A DNA stretch of 43,460 nt from an uncultured Cyanobium sp. GTDB lineage: Bacteria; Cyanobacteriota; Cyanobacteriia; PCC-6307; Cyanobiaceae. A model generated the notes under the pieces. That model saw nothing but the letters and a program-made list of their open reading frames with translations. It was not told where the DNA came from and did no database searches. Positions 18,722-30,828 of the stretch are shown here, one piece after another. Within the stretch, counting starts at the first letter, position 1, and each line of letters opens with the position of its first letter. The stretch is from the NCBI GenBank assembly GCA_964396755.1, contig CAYNGR010000001.1:12898-56357 (forward strand), in the 5' to 3' direction. A program made the position numbers and the translations under genes.

Positions 18722-20674
18722 TCAGCAGGACAGGCCCAGGGCCATGGCGGCGTCGCAGAACAGCCTGCGCAGCGCCGGGCTCTGTTCTGTGCCCTCAGCC
18801 GGCGTCGGCACATTGCCGGATTTGTCCATCGCGACAATCGTGCTGAGGCGTCGCTCTTCACCGGCCGCATTGCGGATCACCAGTCCGTCGCCGTCGCGCC
18901 GGCACCAGTAGGTGCGGTCCCGCCGCTGCAGCACCACCTCCTCCCCCTGTCGCGGCCGCAGCGCCACCAGCTCCAGCTGCAGCCGTTCCTGTCCCTGCCA
19001 GCGGTCCAGGCGCAGGTGGTAAGCCACATCCAGCAGGCCCCGCGGCAGCTCCTCTCCCTGCCAGCGCCAGGCCATCGCCCGGATCGTGCGTGTCCCCTGG
19101 GCCAGCTCCAGCTGCAGATGACCGCCGCGCAGCAGACGGGCTTCGTTCACCTGGCAGCCGCAGCTCCAGAACAGCGGCGCCGGATTCCCGATGCCGAAGG
19201 GCTCCAGGCGGCACAGGCGGGCGTGGAAGTCGCGGTCGATGCGCTCCAGCGCCAGCAATGCCTCGGGCTCCACCAGTCGTGCGGCGCCACCGTCTCCCAG
19301 CCACTGACGTGCCAGCTGCTCAAGCCGCTCCTGCAGCGCGCTCACCTGCTCGGCCTTCACCGTGAAGCCTCCGGCTGCGGGATGGCCGCCATGGCGCTCC
19401 AGCAGGTCAGAGCAGGCCGAAAGGGCCCTGTCGACGGCGAACCCGCGCGGCGCTCGCACGGACGCCCGCAGCTGCCCGTTGCCCTCACCCGCCAGCAGCG
19501 CCACCGGCAGCGAGAAGCGCTCCACCAGTCGTGAGGCCACGATCCCGATCACGCCGTGGTGCCAATGGCCCTGGGCCAGCAGCAGAAACGGCGCCCGCTG
19601 CGGACCATCGGCCTCGACCAGGGCCAGGGCCTCGGCTTCGATCGCATCGCAGAGCTCCCGTCGCTGGCGGTTCATCGCCTCGCAGGCCTGGGCCAGTTCC
19701 AGCGCCTGCTCCCGGTCATCGGTGGTGAGCAGATCCACCACCAGACGTGGATCGCCAAGTCGGCCGACGGCATTGATCCGTGGTGCGATCTGGAAGCCCA
19801 CGGTCTGGGCATCCAGCGGCCGGGTCTCGATGCCGGCCAGTTGCTGCAGGGCCTGCAGTCCTGGCAGATCGCTGTGCCCCAACCGCGGCAGCCCGTCCAG
19901 GAGCCAGCGCCGGTTGACGCCGGCCAGCGGGGCCATGTCGGCGATGGTGCCGATGCAGAACAGATCCATCGCCATGGACAGGGCATCGGGGCGCCCCATG
20001 CGCCGGCACAGCCCCTCGGCCAGTACGAAGGCCAGCCCCACGCCGGCCAGGCCCCGGTAGGGCGAACCCTCCGGCGTGGTCGCCGGATGCAGCAGGGCCG
20101 TGTGCGGTGGCATCGCTGCCGGCAGGGTGTGGTGGTCGGTCAGGATCACCTCCAGCCCCAGGGCTTCGGCACGCTCGAGCGCCTCCAGAGCCGACACGCC
20201 GTTGTCGACCGTGATCAGCAGGCCGATCCCGGCAGCGGCGAGCCGCTCCACCATGGCGACATTGAGCCCATAGCCCTCCTGCATGCGGCTGGGGATCGCC
20301 GCCTCGGGCCTGGCCCCCAGACGCTGCAGCACCCCCACCAGCAGGGCGGTGCTGGTCATGCCGTCGGCGTCGTAATCACCGCAGATCGCCACGGCTTCGG
20401 CCCGGCCGCAGGCCTGGACCAGTCGTTTCTCGGCCGTGACCAGATCGGGGAAGTGCTGGCGAGGCTCCGGCGCCTCGGTCGGATCGAGCAGCTCGCGCAG
20501 GGCCGCTTCGCTGCGATGACCTCGTCGCCACAGCACCGCCAGCAGCTCCGGCGGCAGATCCAGCGCAGCGACCTCCGATTCCGGCCCGAAGGGATCGGGC
20601 GGCAGGGCGGTGGGCAGCAACCAGCGTTCCTCGAGGGGCTCAGAACGCAAGGGCTGAAGGCGAAGCGTTGCCAT
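18722..20674 (-). CDS. recJ: ssDNA-specific exonuclease RecJ
   Basis: GDYDADG, ITVDNG, TDHH, GTIADM, APRINAVGRL, WHHGVIGIVASRL and GGHPAAGG. Confidence 0.97.
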   Translation of the reverse strand: MATLRLQPLRSEPLEERWLLPTALPPDPFGPESEVAALDLPPELLAVLWRRGHRSEAALRELLDPTEAPEPRQHFPDLVTAEKRLVQACGRAEAVAICGDYDADGMTSTALLVGVLQRLGARPEAAIPSRMQEGYGLNVAMVERLAAAGIGLLITVDNGVSALEALERAEALGLEVILTDHHTLPAAMPPHTALLHPATTPEGSPYRGLAGVGLAFVLAEGLCRRMGRPDALSMAMDLFCIGTIADMAPLAGVNRRWLLDGLPRLGHSDLPGLQALQQLAGIETRPLDAQTVGFQIAPRINAVGRLGDPRLVVDLLTTDDREQALELAQACEAMNRQRRELCDAIEAEALALVEADGPQRAPFLLLAQGHWHHGVIGIVASRLVERFSLPVALLAGEGNGQLRASVRAPRGFAVDRALSACSDLLERHGGHPAAGGFTVKAEQVSALQERLEQLARQWLGDGGAARLVEPEALLALERIDRDFHARLCRLEPFGIGNPAPLFWSCGCQVNEARLLRGGHLQLELAQGTRTIRAMAWRWQGEELPRGLLDVAYHLRLDRWQGQERLQLELVALRPRQGEEVVLQRRDRTYWCRRDGDGLVIRNAAGEERRLSTIVAMDKSGNVPTPAEGTEQSPALRRLFCDAAMALGLSC

Positions 20675-20805
20675 TGTGCGATCCCCTCGCCACTGCTGCA
20701 TCACAGGTTTCCCCGGCTGCGGCATCAGCGCGCCATGGGCCGTCCGTTATGGGGCCTGCTCGGCTCGGCAGGATGCAGGGGCGTTCTCCAGTGACAGCGG
20801 CTGTC

Positions 20806-21606
20806 ATGGTCAGCTCCCAGCTCCGGATTCCCTGCGATGCGGCGCCGATCCGGGCACTGCTCTGGGACGTGGACGGCACCCTGGCCGAAACGGAACTGGA
20901 GGGTCACAGGCGTGCCTTCAACCTCGCCTTCGCCGAGGAGGGCCTGTCCTGGAGCTGGGATGTCGACACCTACCTGCCGTTGCTGCGGATCAGCGGCGGG
21001 CGGGAGCGGATGCGCGCCTACGGCCGCAACCACGACCAGCCGCTCAGTGACGTCCTGATCGAGCGGCTGCAGCAGCGCAAGCAGCTGCACTACGACCGGT
21101 TGGTCCGTTCCGGTGGTGTGGGCCTGCGGCCGGGTGTGCGGCGGCTGATCCTTGAATGTCGGGCAGCGGGGCTGCAGCAGGCGATTGTCACCACCAGCGG
21201 CCGCGCTTCGGTCCAGGCCCTGGCGCATGGAGCAGCCTCAGGCCTGAGCGAGGCCTTCGCCTTCTGGGTCTGCGGTGAGGACGTCGAGCGCAAGAAGCCA
21301 GATCCCCAGGGCTACCGCCAGGCGATCGAGCGCCTGGGTCTGGCGCCTGAGCAGGTGGTGGCGATCGAGGACTCCCGCAATGGCTTGGAGGCCGCCATCT
21401 CTGCCGGTCTGACCTGCCTGGTCACGCTCAGCGACAGCTCCCGTTGGGAGGCCGGTGCCAATGGACGCCAGGGCTTCGAGACGGCCCTGGCGGTGCTGGA
21501 TGGCCTGGGCGAGCCGGAGCGACCGCTGCGGCAGCTTGACGGCGCCGGACCGGCTTCCTCCCTGGTGACGCTGCCGTGGCTACAACAGCTGAGGGCGGAG
21601 GCATGA
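20806..21606 (+). CDS. HAD-IA hydrolase, CbbY-like
   Basis: WDVDGTLAETELEGHRRAFN, GGRER, KKPDP and IEDSRNG. Confidence 0.9.
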   Translation: MVSSQLRIPCDAAPIRALLWDVDGTLAETELEGHRRAFNLAFAEEGLSWSWDVDTYLPLLRISGGRERMRAYGRNHDQPLSDVLIERLQQRKQLHYDRLVRSGGVGLRPGVRRLILECRAAGLQQAIVTTSGRASVQALAHGAASGLSEAFAFWVCGEDVERKKPDPQGYRQAIERLGLAPEQVVAIEDSRNGLEAAISAGLTCLVTLSDSSRWEAGANGRQGFETALAVLDGLGEPERPLRQLDGAGPASSLVTLPWLQQLRAEA

Positions 21607-21950
21607 ATGGCCCCGCACGCCAGAGCACCCGTCTGCGGGGGCTGGAACGCCGTTTCGGCGGCTCGCTGCTCGCCCAGCTGCGGGCCGGCTGGCGCTCAGC
21701 CAGCCTCACCCTGCTGGGCCTGCTGCTCGGCTTCTACCTCGCTCAGAACATTTCCTCGCTGCTGCTCGTCCACATGCCGGGCGGACGTCCCGCCGGTGTG
21801 CTGCTGCTGGTGCTGCTGTTCGAGCTGGTGGTGCGTGTGCGCAGCCGGGTCGTCTCCGAGACCCCTTCGCTGGCCTGGGTGATCGTCGACAACCTGCGTC
21901 TTGGAGCCACCTATGCCCTCGTGCTCGAGGCCTTCAAGCTTGGGACCTGA
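21603..21950 (+). CDS. DUF565/Ycf20 family protein
   Basis: QSTRL...LLGFY...[20 protein letters not shown]. Confidence 0.9.
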   Translation: MNGPARQSTRLRGLERRFGGSLLAQLRAGWRSASLTLLGLLLGFYLAQNISSLLLVHMPGGRPAGVLLLVLLFELVVRVRSRVVSETPSLAWVIVDNLRLGATYALVLEAFKLGT

Positions 21951-23112
21951 TCCGTGCCCTGCGCCTCGCCTCGATCCGCTGCTGCGGCAGGGCTTCGTGC
22001 TGCCGCTGCTGGAGCAGCTGCGCCGTTGGCAGCATCAGGCCCGCAGCGGTGAGCGGCGCCTGCCGCTGATTGCCCTCAACGGGCCGGTGGGGGCGGGCAA
22101 GACCACACTCGGTCGCCAGCTCGAGGCGCTGGCACCGCAGTTCGGTCTGCGGTTGCGGGTGGCGTCGATCGATGATCTCTACCTGAGCTGGCCCGAACGG
22201 GGCGAGCGGCTGGCCGGCAATCCCTTCGGCGTCAGTCGGGTGCCTCCCGGCAGCCATGACCTGCCGCTGTTGCTGAGCGCGCTGGTCCGCTGGCGGCAGA
22301 CAGGATTCCTGACCTTGCCTCGCTTCGACAAGACCCTGGCGGCGGGACAGGGCGACCGAGCCGGCTGGCAGGACGATGCCTGTGATGCGCTGGTGCTGGA
22401 GGGCTGGCTGATGGGTTGCCAGCCACTACCAGACGCCTGCCTGGCCAGCGTGTTGCAGGCGGTCAACCGTGCGGAGAGGACAGCGGACGACTGGCCTGCT
22501 GCAGCCCCGAGGGCATCTGCCGGCAGGAGCGGAACCACGGGTCTGGACCTTGGCAGCGGCCCGGCGCTGCGGCCCGAAGAGTGGAGCTGGCTGTCCCGCT
22601 GGAACCGGGAGCTCACCGATTACCTGCCGTTGTGGCAGGCCTGTGACGGCCTGTGGCTGCTGCGTCCGCTGCACTGGGGACTGCCGCGGCGCTGGCGCTT
22701 TCAGGCCGAGGCGCAACAGCGTCGTGCCGGTGGCGGCTGGTTGTCGGCGGCTGATCTGGACCGACTCGTGCGCGCCAGCCTCTGTTCGCTGCCACCAGCG
22801 CTCTATCAGGAGCCGCTGACGCGGCATCTGCCAGGCCTCATCCACTCAGAAGCTGCCAAGGGCATCCGGGGGAGCTGGGAGGAAGGCGGTGGCAGCTGGG
22901 CCACCGGTGCGGCGCCGCAGATGCCAGGGATGGACCTGGCCTGGCAGGAGTCATGTCTGGAGGCCGGGACGGCTGCCCAGGGCAGCGAACCAGTGACGCC
23001 AGAAGGGCAACAGCCGCCCACCCAGGCTGTGGCCTGGCTGGACGGCCGACGCCGTTGTCGCTCGATCTGGCTTCAGCCCTCGCTGTCGCCTTCCTCTTCA
23101 GCCACGGGGTAG
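21901..23112 (+). CDS. P-loop kinase, plant-type D-glycerate 3-kinase-like
   Basis: [41 protein letters not shown] and LEGWLMG. Start uncertain. Confidence 0.8.
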   Translation: MEPPMPSCSRPSSLGPDPCPAPRLDPLLRQGFVLPLLEQLRRWQHQARSGERRLPLIALNGPVGAGKTTLGRQLEALAPQFGLRLRVASIDDLYLSWPERGERLAGNPFGVSRVPPGSHDLPLLLSALVRWRQTGFLTLPRFDKTLAAGQGDRAGWQDDACDALVLEGWLMGCQPLPDACLASVLQAVNRAERTADDWPAAAPRASAGRSGTTGLDLGSGPALRPEEWSWLSRWNRELTDYLPLWQACDGLWLLRPLHWGLPRRWRFQAEAQQRRAGGGWLSAADLDRLVRASLCSLPPALYQEPLTRHLPGLIHSEAAKGIRGSWEEGGGSWATGAAPQMPGMDLAWQESCLEAGTAAQGSEPVTPEGQQPPTQAVAWLDGRRRCRSIWLQPSLSPSSSATG

Positions 23113-23252
23113 ACGAAGCCCTGGGCGCGTCCGCTGAGCACGGCCTTGCCGATCGACAGCGCTTTGGCGGCGGCCACGCCTGCCTTGGCCTTCCAGTGGG
23201 CGTGGCGCTGATTGCGCTTGCCTTTTGAGGTCTTCTTCTTGGGAACTGCCAT
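23073..23252 (-). CDS. rpmF: 50S ribosomal protein L32
   Basis: [24 protein letters not shown]. Confidence 0.97.
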   Translation of the reverse strand: MAVPKKKTSKGKRNQRHAHWKAKAGVAAAKALSIGKAVLSGRAQGFVYPVAEEEGDSEG

Positions 23253-23339
23253 CGTTGCGTCCGCGGGCCAAACGGAGATCATCCGTTGTCGCGCCAGCTT
23301 TCGTCAAATGGCTACAGTCATTTTCCGATCCAGACTTCC

Positions 23340-25223
<1,884 letters not shown>

Positions 25224-25322
25224 ATTCGCCAGAGTTCTGTCCCCTGGCGGCAACCAGCGCAGAGATCACCCAGCGCCTTGGGGTGATCACATCAGAATGC
25301 CAACGGAGGACGCACGGGTCTG

Positions 25323-25775
25323 ATGAGCCGGTTCAGCCGCCATGCCATGCGCCTGCGCCATTTGTGGACGGCCTACCTGCTGGCGATGCTGTTCCATGTG
25401 GAGCTCGGCCTGATGCCGCTGTTCCATGGCTTGTCTGCCGAGATCGAAAGTCAGGTGCCGAAGCAGAACCTCGCCGGCGTGTTCTGGGCGATGTTGATCT
25501 ATTTCCTGCTCCCCCTGGTGTCTCTGGTGATGATCGCCTATGCGGAGGGTTCCGAGCCGGGAGTCCATCAACGTTTCTGGTCGCGGTGGCGTCGCGTTCA
25601 CTTCGGTCTCAGCATCGTCTATACAGTCACCAACATTCCTCATCTGATTGCAGACATCCTGGTGCCTGACTCCCGCGGTGATCAGGTGTTTCTGATGGCG
25701 GTGCTGCTCGGCCTCGGTCTTCTGATCAACCGCGAAGCCTGGCTGTGGTGCCGCAGCGGCTCAGCCCAGCACTGA
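25323..25775 (+). CDS. Hypothetical 4-TM membrane protein
   Basis: Four hydrophobic segments with His residues (LFHVELGLMPLFHG, NIPHL). Confidence 0.8.
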   Translation: MSRFSRHAMRLRHLWTAYLLAMLFHVELGLMPLFHGLSAEIESQVPKQNLAGVFWAMLIYFLLPLVSLVMIAYAEGSEPGVHQRFWSRWRRVHFGLSIVYTVTNIPHLIADILVPDSRGDQVFLMAVLLGLGLLINREAWLWCRSGSAQH

Positions 25776-25976
25776 ACGATCCGCCGCTGCTGGCCCAGCT
25801 GGCCCTGCTTTGCCGCTGTGCCGCTCCTGACTGCAGCCAAACCGCATCCCGCCAATCGCGACGCCGCCATGGCAGGCCGGTCAGCCGGGAAGAACCGGGC
25901 GGTGTTCACGACCGCGGCGGTACCGTCCGGCGTGCAGATTTCACTCATAGAGTGCGAATCACTCGGCAGTACCGGG

Positions 25977-26447
25977 ATGTCTTCCATCGGGCGTTCCTCC
26001 TCCTCATTTGCCACCCGTTCCTCAGCACGCGAGCTCAGGCAGGCGCGGCAGAGCGCACGCGTCAGCGGCAGGCCCAAGCCGCCACCACCGGGCGGTCCAA
26101 GGTTCGTTCCGCTGTTGCTGATGGCGCTGCTGCTGGGTGGAATGGGCACCGTGCTGGTGCGTTCCGGCGCCTTCTTCGCTGGTGGCCTGCCGCTCACCAA
26201 CGACGCAGTCCCCACCTGCCCGGGACCTTTGAACCGCTGGGCCGACCAACGGCTGCAGCAGCTGCGGCGGCAGCTGGAACGGGACCATGCGATCTATCGC
26301 AGCAACGGCGCCTCCCCCAACGCCATCGGTGCCGCCATGCTCTGGATCGATGATCGGATCATCGATCAGCATGTCGCTGCCGAGCGGCAGCAGATCCGCT
26401 CGAGCCTGCTGCGCTCCTCACGCTGTCTGGTGGAGTTCCAGCCCTGA
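25977..26447 (+). CDS. Hypothetical single-TM protein
   Basis: Basic N-terminus, one TM (VPLLLMALLLGGMG) and a helical C-domain with two Cys. Start uncertain. Confidence 0.65.
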   Translation: MSSIGRSSSSFATRSSARELRQARQSARVSGRPKPPPPGGPRFVPLLLMALLLGGMGTVLVRSGAFFAGGLPLTNDAVPTCPGPLNRWADQRLQQLRRQLERDHAIYRSNGASPNAIGAAMLWIDDRIIDQHVAAERQQIRSSLLRSSRCLVEFQP

Positions 26448-26557
26448 TCATCGCCGCCCTGCCGAACGTCAAAGCCGTGATCGCTGATCTGCCGTCGTGA
26501 TCACGGCGGGTCTGGCTCGCTCAGCAGGATGATGTGGCCGAGTGGCTTCCATCGGCC

Positions 26558-27001
26558 ATGCAGCGGAGCTGCTTCCATCTTTCGATCCCCGCCGTTGACC
26601 TGGAGACGACGGTGCGCTGGTACGTCGATACCCTTGGCTGCTGGCTCGGCCGCCGCAGCTCTGAGGCTGCGATCCTCGATCTGGGGGGCCATCAGCTGGT
26701 TGCCCAGCGCCTCACTCCGGGGGAGGAATTGGAGCCGCAGAGAGGCATCTACCCCCGCCATTTCGGACTGGTGTTCGAGGATCTCTCCAGCTGGCAGGCC
26801 CTGCGCCAGAGGATCGAGGCCGCTGGCCTGCCCTTCGCGGTCGAACCCAAATGCCGCTTCCCAGGTGAGCGACTCGAGCATCACACCTTCTTCCTGATCG
26901 ATCCCAGCGGCAACTGGCTTGAGTTCAAGCACTACAGCCACCCTGATGCGATTCTCGGCTGCCAGGATCTTGAGGTCGTCGGTGATGCCGCGCTGCGATG
27001 A
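26558..27001 (+). CDS. VOC/glyoxalase family protein
   Basis: FHLSIP...LGCWLGR...GHQLVA...YPRHFG...TFFLIDPSGNWLEFK. Confidence 0.92.
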   Translation: MQRSCFHLSIPAVDLETTVRWYVDTLGCWLGRRSSEAAILDLGGHQLVAQRLTPGEELEPQRGIYPRHFGLVFEDLSSWQALRQRIEAAGLPFAVEPKCRFPGERLEHHTFFLIDPSGNWLEFKHYSHPDAILGCQDLEVVGDAALR

Positions 27002-27309
27002 GCCACGTGGATGATGCTCAGGCGCGACGGCTGCGCAGCCGTGCTCGACTGCTGGAGTTCCTCAAGTTCCGGGTGCTGGCGTCCCAGGAGGCCTTCTTCG
27101 AGGCCTGGCGCCTGGCCACACCCGCCGCGCCCGAGGCCTCACCGCCTCCAGGAGCTGCTGCTCTGACCTCGCTCGATCTGATCGGCTTCCGGCGCTGGCT
27201 GCAGCCCCTGTGGCCTGAGGCTGCTGTCCTGAGCGATGCCGACCTGCACCATTGCCTCGAGCAGGCGCATCATCTCTATGTCGATCCGCCAGTACGCCGG
27301 CAGGGCTGA
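26998..27309 (+). CDS. Hypothetical protein
   Basis: ATGA overlap with the VOC gene; protein-like RARLLEFLKFRVLASQEAFF...LSDADL. Confidence 0.75.
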   Translation: MSHVDDAQARRLRSRARLLEFLKFRVLASQEAFFEAWRLATPAAPEASPPPGAAALTSLDLIGFRRWLQPLWPEAAVLSDADLHHCLEQAHHLYVDPPVRRQG

Positions 27310-27335
27310 GCCCGGTCCGCAGGGGCGGCGGCCGC

Positions 27336-28142
27336 TCAGCGCGGGCGGGTCTCCATCTGCAGCAGGCTGCTGCCCTCCTGATCGAGCAGTTCCAGCCGGC
27401 CCTGTTCATCGAGACGCCAGCGGCGCACCTTGCGCAGATCGGCGATGAAGCGCGCCTCGTCGGCCTTCACCTCCGCTTCACAGTCGAGCATCGTGCTGCC
27501 GGCTGGCTCGAGTCGCACGGCATCGGCCTCCAGCGTGAAACTGCCGATGAAGCGATTGCAGTCGCCGCTGCCGGTCAGTTCACGGCTGAGGGGATCGAGG
27601 CGGAACTGCTGCTCCTGCCTCGGGGCCCCGGGCGGAGTCGGCACGCTGGCCGCCGGCGCCCGCAGCCACTGCAGCCCCCGCAGCGGTGCGTCCCCGACCG
27701 GTTCGAGGCTGAGGCGTGCCGGCGGCTTGTGGCCCCCCAGCACCGGAACGGCCGTAGGAGTGCTGAACAACAGGCGATCACCCTCCTGGATGCGGGCCCG
27801 CAGTCGGTAGCGCCCAGCCGGCTGGATCGCTGCCTCCAGGTAAGTCAAGGTGAACGGATAGGGCGAACTGCCCGCGACGCTGGCGCGGCTGCGACCCCGC
27901 AGCACGGTCCGTCCCTTGCCGCCTGCGTCTTGCTCGATCAGCTGCACATCGAGCACGGCACCCTCGGGCAGGGGAAAAGGCCGGCTCAGGACCACCTCGC
28001 CTCTTAGCTCCCCGGCGACCGCAGGCCATGCGGCCGCAAGCATCGCCGTCACGCAGAACACAGCCTGCAGGCCGCCCAGCCGCCTCCAGTTGAGCCAGGG
28101 CCGGCGCAGGAACGCCGCAGCGGGCGAGTGGCGACGGGACAC
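27336..28142 (-). CDS. YbaY/YscW-like plus META domain exported protein
   Basis: Signal peptide; LPEGAVLDVQL...PYPFTL...YRLRARI (YbaY-like); GSGDCNRFIGSF...STMLDC (META). Confidence 0.85.
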   Translation of the reverse strand: MSRRHSPAAAFLRRPWLNWRRLGGLQAVFCVTAMLAAAWPAVAGELRGEVVLSRPFPLPEGAVLDVQLIEQDAGGKGRTVLRGRSRASVAGSSPYPFTLTYLEAAIQPAGRYRLRARIQEGDRLLFSTPTAVPVLGGHKPPARLSLEPVGDAPLRGLQWLRAPAASVPTPPGAPRQEQQFRLDPLSRELTGSGDCNRFIGSFTLEADAVRLEPAGSTMLDCEAEVKADEARFIADLRKVRRWRLDEQGRLELLDQEGSSLLQMETRPR

Positions 28143-28166
28143 CTGGGTAGAACGAGGAGAGACAGG

Positions 28167-29144
28167 CTAGGCAGCCTGCCCGGCCGCTTCGGCCCCCTCC
28201 AGCAGGTTGATTCGATAGAGCACCTCTTCGAGCGCATCGGCGGCGCTGATGGCGCTGAAGCGCTGGGGAAGGTCGGGACCGCAGCAGCTGGCAAGCGGAG
28301 CCAGCACCGTCCAGGGCCGGGCATGGCAGAACTGCACGACGCTGAACCGTTCGCCTGTCTCTCCGGCAGGCGCGACGACGCGGTGCCAGCCAGCGGGGAT
28401 CAGGCCATTGCTGAGCCGCTCCAGCATCAGGCCGGTGTTGAGGATCACCCGTCCCGGCGGCGGACAGACCGGCAGCCAGCGATCCTCCAGTTTCAGTTCC
28501 AGTCCAGGCGCAGTGGCGCGGGGCAGGGCCGTGATCAGGTTGATGTCGGCGTGGGGGGCCGCCCAGACATGTCCCTGCCCCGGGGCGGCGGCCATCGGCG
28601 GGTAACGCAGCGCCCGCGTCAGCGTGGGGGCTTCGTGAACCATCTCATCGAACAGGGTTTCGGCGCCGCCCAGCCCTAGGGCGATCACCCTCAGAACGCG
28701 CCGCTGCAGATCCGCCAGAGCCCGGTGAAAACGGCCGAGCACCTCGGAGATGCCCGGGACGGCCGTCTCCGGCAGCAGCGGATCGGGGTAGAGCAGTGGA
28801 TGGCGTCGCCGTAGCGGGTGTGCCGGCGACAGCGGTTCGGACCAGTTGAGCATTTCCTTCCAGTCCGCCAGGCTCTCGCCTGCGGCGGTTTCCACCAGCA
28901 CGCCGGTGTAGCCGGCCTGGCCGCTGCTGCCGCTGGCGCAAAAGCGCTGTTTCTGCTCGTGCGGCAGCGCGAAGAATTCCGCCAGCAGGGCATAGGCGGT
29001 GTCAATCAGGTCCTCGGAGAGATCGCTGCGGCAGTAGACGAAGCCGCTGGCCAGGCTCCGCCTCACCCCGTCGACGACCGCCCTGCGGCGATGCGCATCC
29101 CCCCGTTCGAAGGCGAGCAGGTCGACATCAAGAATCGGATCCAC
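28167..29144 (-). CDS. Isopenicillin N synthase-like 2OG-Fe(II) oxygenase
   Basis: RALRYPP, HADINLIT (HxD), NTGLMLERLSNG, WHRVV and RFS. GTG start at 29144. Confidence 0.93.
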   Translation of the reverse strand: MDPILDVDLLAFERGDAHRRRAVVDGVRRSLASGFVYCRSDLSEDLIDTAYALLAEFFALPHEQKQRFCASGSSGQAGYTGVLVETAAGESLADWKEMLNWSEPLSPAHPLRRRHPLLYPDPLLPETAVPGISEVLGRFHRALADLQRRVLRVIALGLGGAETLFDEMVHEAPTLTRALRYPPMAAAPGQGHVWAAPHADINLITALPRATAPGLELKLEDRWLPVCPPPGRVILNTGLMLERLSNGLIPAGWHRVVAPAGETGERFSVVQFCHARPWTVLAPLASCCGPDLPQRFSAISAADALEEVLYRINLLEGAEAAGQAA

Positions 29145-29216
29145 GCCGCCGCGTCCGTCCAGGGGCGCAACGTTAGATCGGATGCGGCAGGCTGAATCGC
29201 CGGCCCATGTGCCTCG

Positions 29217-29765
29217 ATGCGCCGTCTTCCCTCTGTTCTCTGGATTCCTCCGGCCGTGGTGGCGATCCCCTGGGCTCAGGAGCTGATCGACCAGCTGGTC
29301 TTCGCCGGCCACTGGAATCTGCCGATGGTTCCGGGTGGGCCGATCACCGGCGTGTTCACGGCACCGTTCAGCCATGGCGGCATCGGCCATCTGATCGCCA
29401 ACACCATCTGGTTTCTGCCCCTGTCCTGGCTGGTGCTGCTCAAGAGCCGCCGCGACTACCTGGCGGTGTGGCTTGGGGTCTACGCCACCGCGCTGCCGGT
29501 CTGGCTGTTCTGGCCGGTCGGCAGCCATGGCCTCTCCGGCGTCAACTACGGCCTGCTGGGCTATCTGCTCTGGATCGGCTGGCTGGAGAAACGCCCCACC
29601 ACCCTGCTGCTGTCATTGTTCTGCCTGCTGGCGTATGGGGGGCTGCTGCCGTCGCTGCTGCCGTTCCTCAGTCCACCCGGCGTCAGCTGGATCGGCCATG
29701 CCTCCGGCTTCCTGGGGGGAGTGCTGGCGGCCCTTGCCATCCATCGTGAGCCCCAGACCAGCTGA
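29217..29765 (+). CDS. Rhomboid family intramembrane serine protease
   Basis: APFSHGGIGHLIANT, HGLSG (catalytic Ser) and VSWIGHASG (catalytic His). Confidence 0.92.
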   Translation: MRRLPSVLWIPPAVVAIPWAQELIDQLVFAGHWNLPMVPGGPITGVFTAPFSHGGIGHLIANTIWFLPLSWLVLLKSRRDYLAVWLGVYATALPVWLFWPVGSHGLSGVNYGLLGYLLWIGWLEKRPTTLLLSLFCLLAYGGLLPSLLPFLSPPGVSWIGHASGFLGGVLAALAIHREPQTS

Positions 29766-29771
29766 GCTGCC

Positions 29772-30713
29772 ATGACCCTGTTGCTGCTGCTGCTGGCGGC
29801 CCTGATCCAGGTGCGCGGCCAGCCCCTCGACGGTGGTGTGGTGAGCGGCAGCGCCGTGCTCCCCCTCGAGCGGGCGGCCGGCGGCGACACCCCGGTTCTG
29901 GCGCTGAGCAGCGAGCGCGGCGACCTGCGCCTGCTGCTTGACACCGGGGCCACCGCAACGATGGTCACACCGGAGCTGGTGCGGCGCCTCGGCCTTGCCA
30001 GCACCCCGATGGCACCCGAGGCGTTCGGTCTGGCCGGCGGCGGCGATGACTGTGCCGGTCTGCGTCCGCACCGAACGCGGCTGCCCGATGTGCATCTGCT
30101 GGGCCCGACCCCAGGTTCCGGCCGCGTCAGCCTGCGGGGCATCGAGGCCCTGGTGCTGCCCGTCGCTGCCCTGCCGCCGGGTGTCGATGGCGTGCTCGGC
30201 GCCCCGACGCTGCGCCGTCAGCCCCTCTGGATCGACCCGCTCGCCGGCCGCATCGGCTTTGGTGCGGCAGCTCTGGCTCTGGCGGATCGTGACGCCCCTC
30301 TGGCGCGGCAACGTGTGCCGCTGCGCTGGGCGCAGGGGGCTCCGCTGCTCAACCTGACCACACCGGTCGGAATCCTGCCGGCGCTTGCGGACACCGGTGC
30401 CGAAGGCCTGTTCGTCAGCCCGCGGCTTGCGGCCCGCCTGCCGCTGCCGGGTCGTGGGCGGGTGCTGCGCCTGGTGGGGTTCTGCGGCGAGCAGCCGGTC
30501 GAGCAGCGCGACATCACCGGACTGAGTCTGTCCGTCGTGACAGCCCTGCCAGCGCGACCAGCTGGGGCAACCCCCCCATTGCCGGTGATCATCACCGACA
30601 ACCCGGTCTTTCAGGCCCTGGGGGTGGAGGCGATCGTCGGACAGGAACTGCTGCGCCAACGCCGGCAGCTCTGGCGACTGGACATCAACCCGCCATGGCT
30701 GGAAGTCGACTGA
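29772..30713 (+). CDS. Double-domain retropepsin-like aspartyl protease, exported
   Basis: Two DTGA motifs (LLLDTGATAT and ALADTGAEG), with DGVLG and AIVGQELL; hydrophobic N-terminus. Confidence 0.88.
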   Translation: MTLLLLLLAALIQVRGQPLDGGVVSGSAVLPLERAAGGDTPVLALSSERGDLRLLLDTGATATMVTPELVRRLGLASTPMAPEAFGLAGGGDDCAGLRPHRTRLPDVHLLGPTPGSGRVSLRGIEALVLPVAALPPGVDGVLGAPTLRRQPLWIDPLAGRIGFGAAALALADRDAPLARQRVPLRWAQGAPLLNLTTPVGILPALADTGAEGLFVSPRLAARLPLPGRGRVLRLVGFCGEQPVEQRDITGLSLSVVTALPARPAGATPPLPVIITDNPVFQALGVEAIVGQELLRQRRQLWRLDINPPWLEVD

Positions 30714-30828
30714 CCGGATCGATGGACGCGATCGCTCCGGAGCCAGATGGTTGGCGCCAGACGTCATCCGCAACGATCTGTTCGCCGGCCGGGAGCCGCT
30801 CAGCGGGGCGGCTGCCGCGCTGGAGCCA

